The notes beneath the pieces are model-generated. The model was given only the letters and a program-made list of their open reading frames with translations, searched no databases and was not told where the DNA came from. DNA of 45,775 nucleotides from assembly GCF_000315625.1 (NCBI RefSeq), contig NW_005434552.1, positions 1-45,775 of the forward strand, read 5' to 3'. How positions within the stretch are numbered: the first letter of the stretch is position 1; every line of letters starts with the position of its first letter. The position numbers and the translations under genes were made by a program. This stretch comes from Guillardia theta CCMP2712 (Eukaryota > Protista > Cryptophyta). Positions 1 to 11,501 of this stretch are shown here, piece by piece.

Positions 1-149
1 TGACTTTGTTGACGATCAAGGCTGAGCCTAGCCTTGAGTGCTGTCCCCTAGCTGGGGTAGGTCCAGTCTGAGGTGAGCTCGCTTTTACTAGGGCTCTGAT
101 AGGTATGAGAGCGATTTCTATGGCTGCAGCTTGTTGGCTCAGTCTGAGA

Positions 150-968
150 CTAGTCGATACCTAAACCTCTCAGATAATCCTTGACATCTGAGTTATAAGT
201 CAAAGTGAAGCAAGTTGAGCCGTGCTTGTCCTTCTCCCTCAGCAGCTCCTCCCCGCATGTCTCTGCAACATACCGCACTACCTCCAAGTGCCCTCCCTCA
301 CTCGCCAAGTGTGCACATGTCCTGCCGAACTTGGTCTTCTCCCTCAGCACCTCCTCCCCGCATGTCTCTGCAACATACCGCACTACCTCCAAGTGCCCTC
401 CCTCACTCGCCAAGTGCGCGCATGTCTTGCCGTCATTGGTCTTCTCCCTCAGCACCTCCTCCCCGCATGTCTCTACAGCATACAGCACTACCTCCAAGTG
501 CCCTCCCTCACTCGCCAAGCGCGCGCATGTCATACCGTCCTCGGTCTTCTCCCTCAGCAGCTCCTTCCCGCATGTCTCCCTAACATACCGCACTACCTCT
601 ATGTGCCCTTTCTCAATCGCCAAGTGCGCGCATGTCCTGCCGGAATTGGTCTTCTCCCTCAGCACCTCCTCCCCGCATGTCTCTACAGCATACCGCACTA
701 CCTCCAAGTGCCCAAAAGCACTCGCCCAGTGCGCGCATGAGTACCTGACAACGTCCTTCTCCCTCAGCAGCTCCTCCCCGCATGTCTCTGCAACATACCG
801 CACTACCTCCAAGTGCCCTCTCTCACTCGCCAAGTGCGCGCATGTCCTGCCGTCCTCGGTCTTCTCCCTCAGCAGCTCCTTCCCGCATGTCTCTGCAACA
901 TACCGCACTACCTCCAAGTCCCCTCCCTCACTCGCCCAGTGCACGCATGTCTTGCCGTTATTGTCCTC
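150..968 (-). pseudogene. Orphan 3' ankyrin-repeat cassette (7 repeats + C-cap), headless paralog of the ART-ankyrin genes
   Basis: Open frame of 105-bp/35-aa repeats ending in the same SDVKDYLRGLGID* and the same 3' flank (64-149 = 984-1069) as the full genes. No true start codon and no ART domain; begins directly after the 3' flank of gene 1070-4748. Confidence 0.8.
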
Positions 969-1069
969 TTCCTCTGAGGTGAGCAGTCTGAGGTGAGCTC
1001 GCTTTTACTAGGGCTCTGATAGGTATGAGAGCGATTTCTATGGCTGCAGCTTGTTGGCTCAGTCTGAGA

Positions 1070-4000
1070 CTAGTCGATACCTAAACCTCTAAGATAATCC
1101 TTGACATCTGAGTTATCAGCCAAAGTGAAGCAAGTCCTGCCGTTATCGTCCTTCTCCCTCAGCACCTCTTCCCCGCATGTCTCTACAACATACCGCACTA
1201 CCTCCAAGTTCCATCCCTGACTCGCCGCATGCGCGCATGTCCCGCCGTCATTGTCCTTCTCCCTCAGCACCTCCTCCCCGCATGTCCTCACGACGTTCTG
1301 CAGCACCTCCAACTGCCCTCCGTAACTCGCCAAGTGCGCGCATGTCATGCCGTCATTGGTCTTCTCCCTCAGCACCTCCTCCCCGCATGTCTTCTCAGAA
1401 TACCGCACTACCTCCAAGTACCCTCTCTGACTCGCCAAGTGCGCGCATGTGTAGCCGTTATTGGTCTTGTCCCTCAGCTCCACCCCGCATGTCTCTACAA
1501 CATACCGCACTACCTCTATGTGCCCTCCTGTACTCGCCAAGTGCGCGCATGTGTAGCCGTCATAGGTCTTCTCCCTCAGCACTTCCTTCCCGCATCTCTC
1601 CCCAACATACCGCACTACCCCCAAGTCCCCTCTCTCGCTCGCAAATTGCGCGCATGTCCAGCCGTCATTGTCCTTCTCCCTCAGCACCTCCTCCCCGCAT
1701 GTCTCTACAGCATACCGCACTACCTCCAACCGCCCTCCCTGACTCGCCGCATGCGCGCTTGTCCTGCCGTCATTGGTCTTCTCCCTCAGCACCTCCTCCC
1801 CGCATGTCTCTACAAGATACCTCACTACCTCTATGTGCCCTCCTACACTTGCCAAGTGCGAGCATGTCTGGCCGTTATTGTCCTTCTCCCTCAGCACTTC
1901 CTTCCCGCATGTCTCCCCAACATACCGCAGCATCTCCATGTGCCCTCCCATGCTCGCCAAGTGCGCGCATGTCCAGCCGTCATTGGTCTTCTCCCTCAGC
2001 GCCTCCTTCCCGCATGTCTCTACAGCATACCGCGCCACCTCCAAGTGCCCTCCTGCACTCGCCCAGTGCGCACATGTGTAGCCGTCATTGTCCTTCTCCC
2101 TCAGCACCTCCTCCCCGCATGTCCTCACGACGTTCTGCACTACCTCCAAGTGCCCTCTCTCACTCGCCAAGTGCGCGCATGTCCTGCCGTGCTTGTCCTT
2201 CTCCCTCAGCACCTCCTCCCCGCATGTCCTCACGACGTTCTGCAGCACCTTCAAGTGCCCTTCGTAACTCGCATAGTGCGCGCATTCCTTCCCATGCTTG
2301 TCCTTCTCCATCATCAAGGTCCTCAGAGTCTCTTTCCCGCATTGTTCCTCTACCGTCTTCAGCACCTCCACATGCCCATACTCTGCCGCCCAGTGCACCA
2401 TCGTCTTCCCTTCATCGTCCTTCCCTCCTACCTCTGCTCCTGCCTCTATCAGCTCCCTCACGCTCCCCGCCCTCCCCAGCATCCCCGCTACATGCAGCCC
2501 TGTCCTCCCGTCCTCCATCCGCTCGTCCAAGTTGTATCCGCCCGCCTTCAGCAGCCCGATCAGCTCCCCCTGTCCTCGTACCACCGCCGTCACTGTCGGC
2601 GGCTCCCCGTGCTGGCCCGACCTTGACATCGACAAGCCGTACATCCCGCACAGCCTCTTGCTCTGCTCTCTTCTGCCGTCATCGCCTGCTGGAGTCCGCG
2701 AGCTGATCTCGTACATCAGACCCGCCATCGTCTTCCAGTACACTGACTGCATCGGCTCGCCTGCAATGGCTCGACATTTTTCGTCTCCCTGAGTGTCTTC
2801 GATCCAGTGCCTGAGCTTGTTGATCGCCATGTCCTTCACTCGGTTCGACAGCTCGATCGCCTCCTTGTATCTTGACTCGTCGTTATACCAGCCCGACTGC
2901 CTCGCCCTGCTCGCCTCCACCAGCCCCCAGCACTCCTCCACGATCGACTTCAACAGATCCTGATGTGTCTTTTGAAAGGAGTCGAGAATTGCTGTCCTAA
3001 GCCGCTCCTGGATCCTCCCCTCCCACCCCCTCACGTCTCGCTCTACCTCCCTCGCCAGGTTCTCCATCAGCCCTACGTACAGCTGCTTCCTCTTCCCCAC
3101 AAAGTCCTCGATCGTCAAGCTCATCGTGTTCGCGTTGATCTTCAGCTCCAGCACCTTCACCCGCCTCCCCTCTACCTCCCTGTACCGCGGCGTCTTCACC
3201 ACCTCCAGGTACGACAGCGGCGGATACAGCATCTCCCCCTCCCCCGGATACTGAGACACAAACGTCAAGCTCGCCCCCCGGTCGATCGCCCCGCAGCTGA
3301 TCTCGAACACAATCGACTCTCCCTCCTCCCCGGCGTACTGCATCGCCGTCCTGACGTCCGTCGTCGTGCTCAGCAGCCCGTACTCGACTCCTCCGGACAC
3401 CCCGAGCTCGTCCTCGTTGAGGAAGCTCTCCGGCAGCCTCATCCCCTTCAGCCCCCTCCACACCCGCAGCCCCTCCGGCAGAGGCGTGTGACGAGACAGC
3501 TTGACGATGCCGCTGACGATGCAGTGGATGGTCGTCGTGTACTTGTTGGGGACCTTGTTGGAGTCTCGGAGGAGCTCGTTGGGAGCTCGAAGAACAGAGT
3601 TGTACTTGAAGTACATCGGCCCTGTCATAGCAAGCCTCTTGTCAGCCGTCTCACGCTCTCTTGCTTCTCTCTCTTCCCCCATCCTCCTTCTCCCTCTCTC
3701 GCTCTCTCTCTCTCTTACCTGTGTAGAGCTGCAGCGCGATCAGCTCCGCCTCCTGTAGCCCCGCCTTGATCGCCGTGTCCAGCGCCTTCAGCTCCTCCAT
3801 CCCTCGGATCACCCGCGTCCCGTCCGACAGCCTCCGCCTCCTCTCCGGGTCTGTCACGTTGAGCCACTCCTCCTTGGCTGTCGTCGTGATGTTGTAGTTG
3901 CTCGTCGTGAACGCTTCCTCCGCGTCCTTGCCCTTGCAGTGCTCCTCCTCTATCGCCTTCATCAGCTCCGTCTGAGGTAGCCCGATCCGCTCCATCAGCC

Positions 4001-4748
4001 CCCCGTAGTACTCCTCGATCTTCCCGTACACGGCCTCGCGTACCTCCGCAAACTTGCTGTTGTGCGACGTCGGACCGTCTCCTCCCGCCCGCCCTCCTGC
4101 CTCCGCCGGCCTCCTCAGCGCCTCCTCGAGCCTCCTCCCTATCGCCGTCTGCCATAGAGCCGATAGAGCGCTCTCCGTCATCCCCTGTAGCCCCGCAAGA
4201 GGACTCGCCGCGCTCCCGCCGGGGATGCACTCCGCCATGACTCGGAGGATGTTGAGGTCGCCGAGGCTGCTGGCCTTGCGCTCGAGCTCCCACTCTCTTG
4301 CGACTCTGACCTCGTAGTCGTCGTACGAGAGCTTGTCAGGGCTGAGGGCTGACGCGTCGACGCCGAGAGCCATGCGGAGGTTGTTGAGAATCGTTTTGTA
4401 ATCCTTTGAGTCTCGAGGGGTCTGAAAGAGCTTCTTGAGGTCAGAGCTGATGTCGTCGGGGATAGTCCAGCTGGTCGTTTGCTGGGCACTAGCTGGTGGA
4501 TCAGCCGTGGGATGGCTGATTTGAGATTTGATCTCGATGTCTGTCTTGTTTGACGGCTGAGTCGTAGGGCTGGAGATGCTTGACGGGACTCCTTGAGGAG
4601 CTGGGGGATCTTTGACAGTCTGCTTTCTCAGCTCGGCCTCGAGCTCTGAGATCCTTCTTGTCGCTTCTTCCAACCTCTGCTTGAGTAGCGAGTCATCATG
4701 ACCCTCCTCGGGTTTCACTTTGGACGAGAAGCAGGGGAAGCAACTCAT
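1070..4748 (-). CDS. Mono-ADP-ribosyltransferase (ARTC, R-S-ExE) + ankyrin-repeat protein, copy 1; exons 4748-3719 and 3621-1070 (~1193 aa)
   Basis: Splicing joins ORFs 3651-4748 and 1070-3682 into ...ALQLYTG|PMYFKYNSVLR. Catalytic motifs VWRG, LSTTTD and YPGEGEML; about 13 ankyrin repeats plus cap; N-terminus MSCFPCF followed by a coiled coil. Confidence 0.88.
3622..3718 (-). other. 97-nt spliceosomal intron (GA-rich)
   Basis: GTAAGA donor, CTGAC branch, GACAG acceptor; removal restores the LYTGPMY motif in frame; same position and length in copy 2. Confidence 0.9.
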
Positions 4749-6174
4749 GTCCCTTTCTCAGCCCAGGGAGAAACCTGCTACAGGAGCTTACATCAGCCGG
4801 CTTCAGATATCCTCTGTCCTCCACCACTCTCTCCCTCCCTCGTTTTACGTCTCTCTGTCTTGGATCTTCCTCTGTTTGTGGTTCGGTTTACACCACAACG
4901 ATCGGATTACAGAGCAGCTCAGCTTGTGTTGTACACCTGAGGCTTTCTGTCTATACACTCTGATCCTACTGCCTGCAAATGCAACTCCAAGAGCGTATCA
5001 GTCGCCTGCTTTTCAAGAGCTTATCAAGTATTCACCTCAACAAATGCCGTCTATTCTTGATAATAAGACCTATCACTCAATCTGACTTCCCCTCTCTTGG
5101 CTCACTTATCCATGCATGTCTTATTCTCTCTCGAAGCTCTGCCCTGCTTCCGACTCTGCCTCCTTCTCCCACGCCGTCTCCTTTCTCCCTTCCAGTGACT
5201 GACCGTAGAGAGAGAGAAAAAAGACAGCGAGGGAAGAAAAGACAAGGAGAAAGAAAGAAATAAGGAGATCAAGACAGAAAGCTTCTCTATCCTTCCTTGA
5301 CACAGCAAGAGAGGGATCAAGAGCGCCGAAAACACATCAATCAAGCAGACAGAGAAGGTTTCCTCTCTCCTCTTGGTATTCGTCATATTTCATCCCTTCC
5401 TTCAGCCGTTTCTTTGCCCTCCTCTCTTCTCCTCTCTTCTGTCTGTTGTCACGTCTCCTTCTCTCTGCAGCAGCTACAAGACATCTCTCACACTCTAGCG
5501 ACAAGACAAGCTTGTCGTCACCCTCCCTCAAGCTCCTTCCATCCTCTCTCCATCTCTCCTCCCGCTCTCCCCCTTCATCCTCCTGCCATATTTCCCGCCC
5601 GACCACCCCCTCTACATGGAGCCCTACCCTAGTCGTATATCACCCTCATATTCACATGGTTTCAGCCTATCAGGTACGGGTGAGCAACACCAGCCTACCC
5701 TACCTGTTGATGTATTTTGCACTGCCCTACCCCACCCCCAGAAGCCCCAGGTATCCGCTAGTCAGCGTAAGGGGTGGACGCTAATTGGAGCAACGGATCC
5801 GAGGCGGACTGCTGCCGATGAAAACCGTTGAGAGGATTGACTAACTTAGTCATCTACTGCGACTCGATCTCAGTGACCGGAGCCTCGGAGGCTGAAGATC
5901 GGGCCGTAAGACAACGTGACGGTACAGTGACTGCGGCTGAGCGGGCCCTGAGCCCAGGATGGGACGAATGAAACCAAATCGATCGAGTTTGTGAGAGCAG
6001 ATATGATAGTACCATCATCGACCAGCTGCCCGGCGCGGAACAAGACAGTTTTCCCACTCAGGGCTGAGTTGAATGCACACTAAACAGGGCTTAAGGAGCA
6101 CATGAGAGATAGACTGTATCAGGCTTGCATGTCGAGCTACTGTCTCCTTCAAACGATTTGATTCGGTTCAAACA

Positions 6175-6882
6175 GGCAAGACAATACAGGCTCTCTCTCT
6201 CATCCTGTCCAACGGTCCCGATCGCGCTCTCCGAGCTGACAAGGCTGGAAGTGGGTGCGAGCGAGCAAAGACGCTGATTGTCTGTCCGGTATGTGTCTTG
6301 ACCAGCTGGGAATCGCAGATCGAGAGGCGCATTGAGGATGGCAAGATGACCACGACGATACTCCACTCGAAATACCCGCAAAGAAGTTGCAACGTGTCCT
6401 CACGCAGTCTGTCTGATTACGATGTTGTTGTCACAAGCTATGAGACCTTGAGGAATCTCTATCAAAGATGGCTCTTGCATCGCAGTGCAACACGTGTCAA
6501 GAAGGACGGTGAGTTTGCATGTGGATCCTATCATCTTTCATCACTCTTGTGTTGTACAGGACGACGATCATCGAAACATCATCTTTCATCACTCTTGTGT
6601 TGTACAGGACGACGATCATCGAAACAAGACATCATCGGAGACGAGAGCATCGACATCTTCGACACGAGATGGTGGCGAGTGATCCTCGATGAAGCGCGTT
6701 GGATCAAGAACAGAAGAACGACAAGTCATCGAGCTTGTCGGCAACTGACGGCCATCAACCGCTGGTGTTTGGCAGCAACGCCATTGCAGAATGATGTGGA
6801 CGATATCCAGCCTCTCTTGCAGTTCCTTAGAGTAGAACCACTCGACAAGTATTCTACCTGGCTGACATATGTCAAGAAGTGA
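6175..6882 (+). pseudogene. SNF2-family (RAD5/RAD16-like) ATPase N-lobe fragment
   Basis: In-frame GKTIQALSLI (motif I), TLIVCP (Ia), YDVVVTSYETL, WWRVILDEAR (DEAH altered), RWCLAATPLQN (TGTP altered). No C-terminal helicase lobe seen; internal 48-bp duplication. Confidence 0.75.
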
Positions 6883-6884
6883 AA

Positions 6885-6949
6885 CCTCTCTCTTCCTCCT
6901 CCCTCCTCTCTCCTCCTGCTCCTGCTTCTCCTGCTCCTCCCTTTTCCTC

Positions 6950-6991
<42 letters not shown>

Positions 6992-7050
6992 TCTCCTGCA
7001 CCTTCTCCTCTTCCTCCTCCCCTTCCTCTCTCTCCCTCTCTCTCCTCCTG
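6885..7050 (+). repeat. Pyrimidine-rich low-complexity tract with (CTCCTG)n
   Basis: Directly visible CTCCTG/CCT iterations. Confidence 0.8.
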
Positions 7051-8239
7051 CTGGACTCCCTCGATGCCGGGGCTGTGCATGCGCTACTGTGAGCCGCTGG
7101 AAGGAGCAGCGGCGGCTGAAGAAGAACAAGAGGAGGTAGAGGTCGAGGTTGAGAGAGCAGCTGAGCGTGAGGAGTAGTAGGCGTGAGGAGCAGTAGGCTG
7201 GTAGAGGCTGGCAGACTCAGTCCTCGCTCCCTCAGCCTCTCTTGCTCGGCTTGTCTCCTGATAGATAAGGACGAGCAGATCAGAAATCAAGAGATGAATG
7301 TACGAGTGATCCAACGTGAAAGACTACAATCCGGAAGAAGAGTAAACAACTGCATTCACCAGGATGTTGATAGAGGAGCTACTTTGGGTCATGTAGTGAA
7401 TGTCATACTGTCGCATGATCCACCCTTGTCAGAGCACGCTCGTCGTGCAATGATTTCCTTTCCTACACTGATCCCTTTCCTTCCTACCTGCTTCTTGCTC
7501 CCTCCTTCTCTCTACTTGCTTCCTCTCTCTCCCTCGTTCTCTCGTCTCCTTCCCTCTTTAGTCTCCCACACTTGTACTTCTGCCATTCTCTCTCAAACTT
7601 CTCTCTCTCCCTCCCTCCCTCCTTCTCTCTTCTCCTTCTCTTCGTTGACTAGCTCTCATCCCGACCATGTTTGTATCACCCCGGATCTCCAGCTCCTCTT
7701 TCACCTTATGAGCCTCCACTCCTCCCTCCCCACCCCTCTGATTGTCCGTACCCACCCCTCTCTTCCCCTCGCGTCTGGATAACTTCTCCGCTACACCACC
7801 CCCTGCTCTGACTCTTTCTGATGACCCCTACCCTCCCCGTCTCATCTCTGTATTCCTGCCACATCACCCACCCCTCTCTTTCCCCTCGCGTCTGGTCAAC
7901 CTCCTTCCCCGGCCATCTCCTCGCGTCTGATGAGCTGGAGGGAGAGAGGAGGGGAGGGAGGAGGGAACGGGACAGGAGAGGAGGGAATGTAACTGCCAAA
8001 CTTGCTCAAGCTTCTCCCACATGATACAAGTCTCCTCCTCCCCTCCCTCCGTCATGCTCTCAAGCGCTTCGCATGCTGACCACTGCAAGTGCATCTTCAG
8101 AGGTACGAGAGCGATTTCAATCCCTTCAGTCGTCAGCTCAGTCTGAGAAGGACCAGTCTGAGGTGAGCTCGCTTTTACTAGGGCTCTGATAGGTATGAGA
8201 TCGACTTGTATGGCTGCAGCTTGTTGGCTCAGTCTGAGA

Positions 8240-11200
8240 CTAGTCGATACCTAAACCTCTAAGATAATCCTTGACATCTGACTTAAAAGCCAAAGTAAAA
8301 CAAGTCGCGCCGTTGTTGTCCTTCTCCCTCAGCAGCTCCTCCCCGCATGTCTCTACAACATACCGCAGCACCTCCATGTGCCCAGCGTCACTCGCCCAGT
8401 GCGCGCATGTCATGCCGTCATTGGCCTTCTCCCTCAGCACCTCCTCCCCGCATGTCTCTACAGCATACCGCACTACCTCCAAGTGACCTCCCATACACGC
8501 CATGTGTGCGCATGTCCAGCCGCCCTTGTCCTTCTCCCTCAGCAGCTCCTCCCCGCATGTCTCCCCAACATACCGCACCACCTCCAAGTGCCCTCTCTCA
8601 CTCGCATAGTGCGCGCATGTCCAGCCGCCCTTGTCCTTCTCCCTGATAAGCCCTTCCCCGCATGTCCCTACAGCATACCGCACTACCTCCATGTGCCCTC
8701 CCTCACTTGCCACATGCGCGCATGTCCTGCCGTCCTTGGCCTTCTCCCTCAGCACCTCCTCCCCGCATGTCTCTACAACATACCGCAGCACCTCCATGTG
8801 CCCTCCCTCACTCGCATAGTGCGCGCATGTCAAGCCGTCATTGTCCTTCTCCCTCAGCACCTCCTCCCCGCATGTCTCTATAGCATACCGCACTACCTCC
8901 ATGTGCCCTCCCTGACTCGCATAGTGCGCGCATGTCCTGCCGTCATTAGCCTTCTTCCTCAGCACCTCCTCCCCAACATACCGCAGCACCTCCAAGTGCC
9001 CTCCCGCACTCGCCAAGTGCGCGCATGTCTTGCCGTCATTGTCCTTCTCCATCATCATGGTCCTCAGAGTCTCTTTCCCGCATTGTTCCTCTACCGTCTT
9101 CAGCACCTCCATGTGCCCATACTCCCCCGCCCAGTGCACTATCGTCTTCCCTGCCTTGTCCTTCGCTCCTACCTCTGCTCCTGCCTCCATCAGCTCCCTC
9201 ACGCTCCCCGCCCTCCCCAGCATCCCCGCTACATGCAGCCCTGTCCTCCCGTCCTCCGTCCGCTCGTCCATGTCGTATCCGGCCGCCTTCAGCAGCCCGA
9301 TCAGCTCCCCCTGTCCTCGTACCACCGCCGTCACTGTCGGCGGCTCCCCGTGCTGGCCCGACCTTGACATCGACAAGCCGTACATCCCGCACAGCCTCTT
9401 GCTCTGCTCTCGTCTGCCGTCATCGCCTGCTGCAGTCCGCGAGCTGATCTCGTACATCAGACCCGCCATCGTCTTCCAGTACACTGACTGCATCGGCTCG
9501 CCCGCAAGGGCTACACATTTTTCATCTCCCAGAGTGTCTTCGATCCAGTGCCTGAGCTTGTTGATCGCCATGTCCTTGACTCGGTTCGACAGCTCGATCG
9601 CCTCCTTGTAGTTTGACTCGTCGTTGTACCAGCCCGACTCCCTCGCCCTGCTCGCCTCCACCAGCCCCCAGCACTCCTCCATGATCGATTGTACAAGACG
9701 GCGATGGTACGATAAAAAGGAGTCGAAGCGAGCTGTCCTGAGCCGCTCCTGGATCCTCCCCTCCCACCCCCTCACGTCTCGCTCTACCTCCCTCGCCAGG
9801 TTCTCCATCAGCCCTACGTACAGCTGCTTCCTCTTCCCCACAAAGTCCTCGATCGTCAAGCTCATCGTGTTCGCGTTGATCTTCAGCTCCAGCACCTTCA
9901 CCCGCCTCCCCTCTACCTCCCTGTACCGCGGCGTCTTCACCACCTCCAGGTACGACAGCGGCGGATACAACATCTCCCCCTCCCCCGGATACTGAGACAC
10001 AAACGTCAAGCTCGCCCCCCGGTCGATCGCCCCGCAGCTGATCTCGAACACGATCGACTCTCCCTCCTCCCCGGCGTACTGCATCGCCGTCCTGACGTCT
10101 GTCGTCGTGCTCAGCAGCCCGTACTCGACTCCTCCGGACACCCCGAGCTTGTCCTCGTTGAGGAATCTCTCCGGCAGCCTCATCCCCTTCAGCCCCCTCC
10201 ACACCCGCAGCCCCTCCGGCAGAGGCGTGTGACGAGACAGCTTGACGATGCCGCTGACGATGCAGTGGATGGTTGTCGTGTACTTGTTGGGGACCTTGTT
10301 GGAGTCTCGAAGGAGCTCGTTGGGAGCTCGAAGAACAGAGTTGTACTTGAAGTACATCGGCCCTGTCATAGCAAGCCTCTTGTCAGCCTTCTCACGCTCT
10401 CTTGCTCTTCTCTCCTCCCCCACGCTCCTTCTCCCTCTCTTGCTATCTCTCTCTCGTACCTGTGTAGAGCTGCAGCGCGATCAGCTCCGCCTCCTGTAGC
10501 CCCGCCTTGATTGCCGTGTCCAGCCCCTTCAGCTCCTCCATTCCTCGGATCACCCGCGTCCCGTCCGACAGCCTCCGCCTCCTCTCCGGGTCTGTGACGT
10601 TGAGCCACTCCTCCTTGGCTGTCGTCGTGATGTTGTAGTTGCTCGTCGTGAACCCTTCCTCCGCGTCCTTGCCCTTGCAGTGCTCCTCCTCTATCGCCTT
10701 CATCAGCTCCGTCTGAGGTAGCCCGATCCGCTCCATCAGCCCCCCGTAGTACTCCTCGATCTTCCCGTACACGGCCTCGCGTACCTCCGCAAACTTGCTG
10801 TTGTGCGACGTCGCACCGTCTCCTCCCGCCCGCCCTCCTGCCTCCGCCGGCCTCCTCAGCGCCTCCTCGAGCCTCCTCCCTATCGCCGTCTGCCATAGAG
10901 CCGATAGAGCGCTCTCCGTCATCCCCTGTAGCCCCGCAAGAGGACTCGCCGCGCTCCCGCCGGGGATGCACTCCGCCATGACTCGGAGGATGTTGAGGTC
11001 GCCGAGGCTGCTGGCCTTGCGCTCGAGCTCCCACTCTCTTGCGACTCTGACCTCGTAGTCGTCGTACGAGAGCTTGTCAGGGCTGAGGGCCGACGCGTCG
11101 ACGCCGAGAGCCATGCGGAGGTTGTTGAGAAACGGTTTGTATTCCTTTGAGTCTCGAGGGGTCTGAAAGAGCTTCTTGAGGTCAGAGCTGATGTCGTCGG

Positions 11201-11501
11201 GGATAGTCCAGCTGGTCGTCTGCTGGGCACTAGCTGGTGGATCAGCCGTGGGATGGCTGATTTGAGCTTTGATCTCGATGTCTGACTTGTTTGACGGCTG
11301 AGTCGTAGGGCTGGAGATGCTTGACGGGATGGTCTCTACGCCTCCTTGAGGAGCTGGGGCATCTTTGACAGTCTGCTTTCTCAGCTCGGCCTCCAGCTCT
11401 GAGATCCTTCTTGTCGCTTCTTCCAACCTCTGCTTGAGTAGCGAGTCATCACGACCCTCCTCGGGCTTCACTTTGGACGAGAAGCAGGGGAAGCAACTCA
11501 T
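8240..11501 (-). CDS. Mono-ADP-ribosyltransferase + ankyrin-repeat protein, copy 2; exons 11501-10460 and 10362-8240 (~1054 aa)
   Basis: Same architecture and catalytic motifs as copy 1; about 9 ankyrin repeats plus cap; intron 10363-10459 (GTACGA...CTGAC...GACAG). Confidence 0.88.
10363..10459 (-). other. 97-nt spliceosomal intron
   Basis: GT...AG with CTGAC branch; equivalent to 3622-3718. Confidence 0.9.

Larger units (their letters stand above)
984..5815. repeat. Segmental duplication unit A (paralogous to 8154-12563)
   Basis: Gene, intron, 3' flank and ~1.06 kb of upstream DNA align with 8154-12563; homology ends after GAGGCGGACTGCTGC. Confidence 0.92.

Noticed and set aside
150-2700. 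Regular 105-bp repeats as a CRISPR array; long plus-strand ORFs (205-996, 1177-2706, 1229-2626)
   Set aside because: The repeats are in-frame ankyrin codons with no repeat-spacer structure; the plus-strand ORFs are antisense shadows.
4749-5620. Short ORFs upstream of the ART genes (and at 11502-12370)
   Set aside because: Frames are not conserved between the two duplicates; CT/GA-rich non-coding DNA.
1070-11501. Diversity-generating retroelement behind the ankyrin variability
   Set aside because: No reverse transcriptase or template repeat in the window, and the differences are not confined to adenines.
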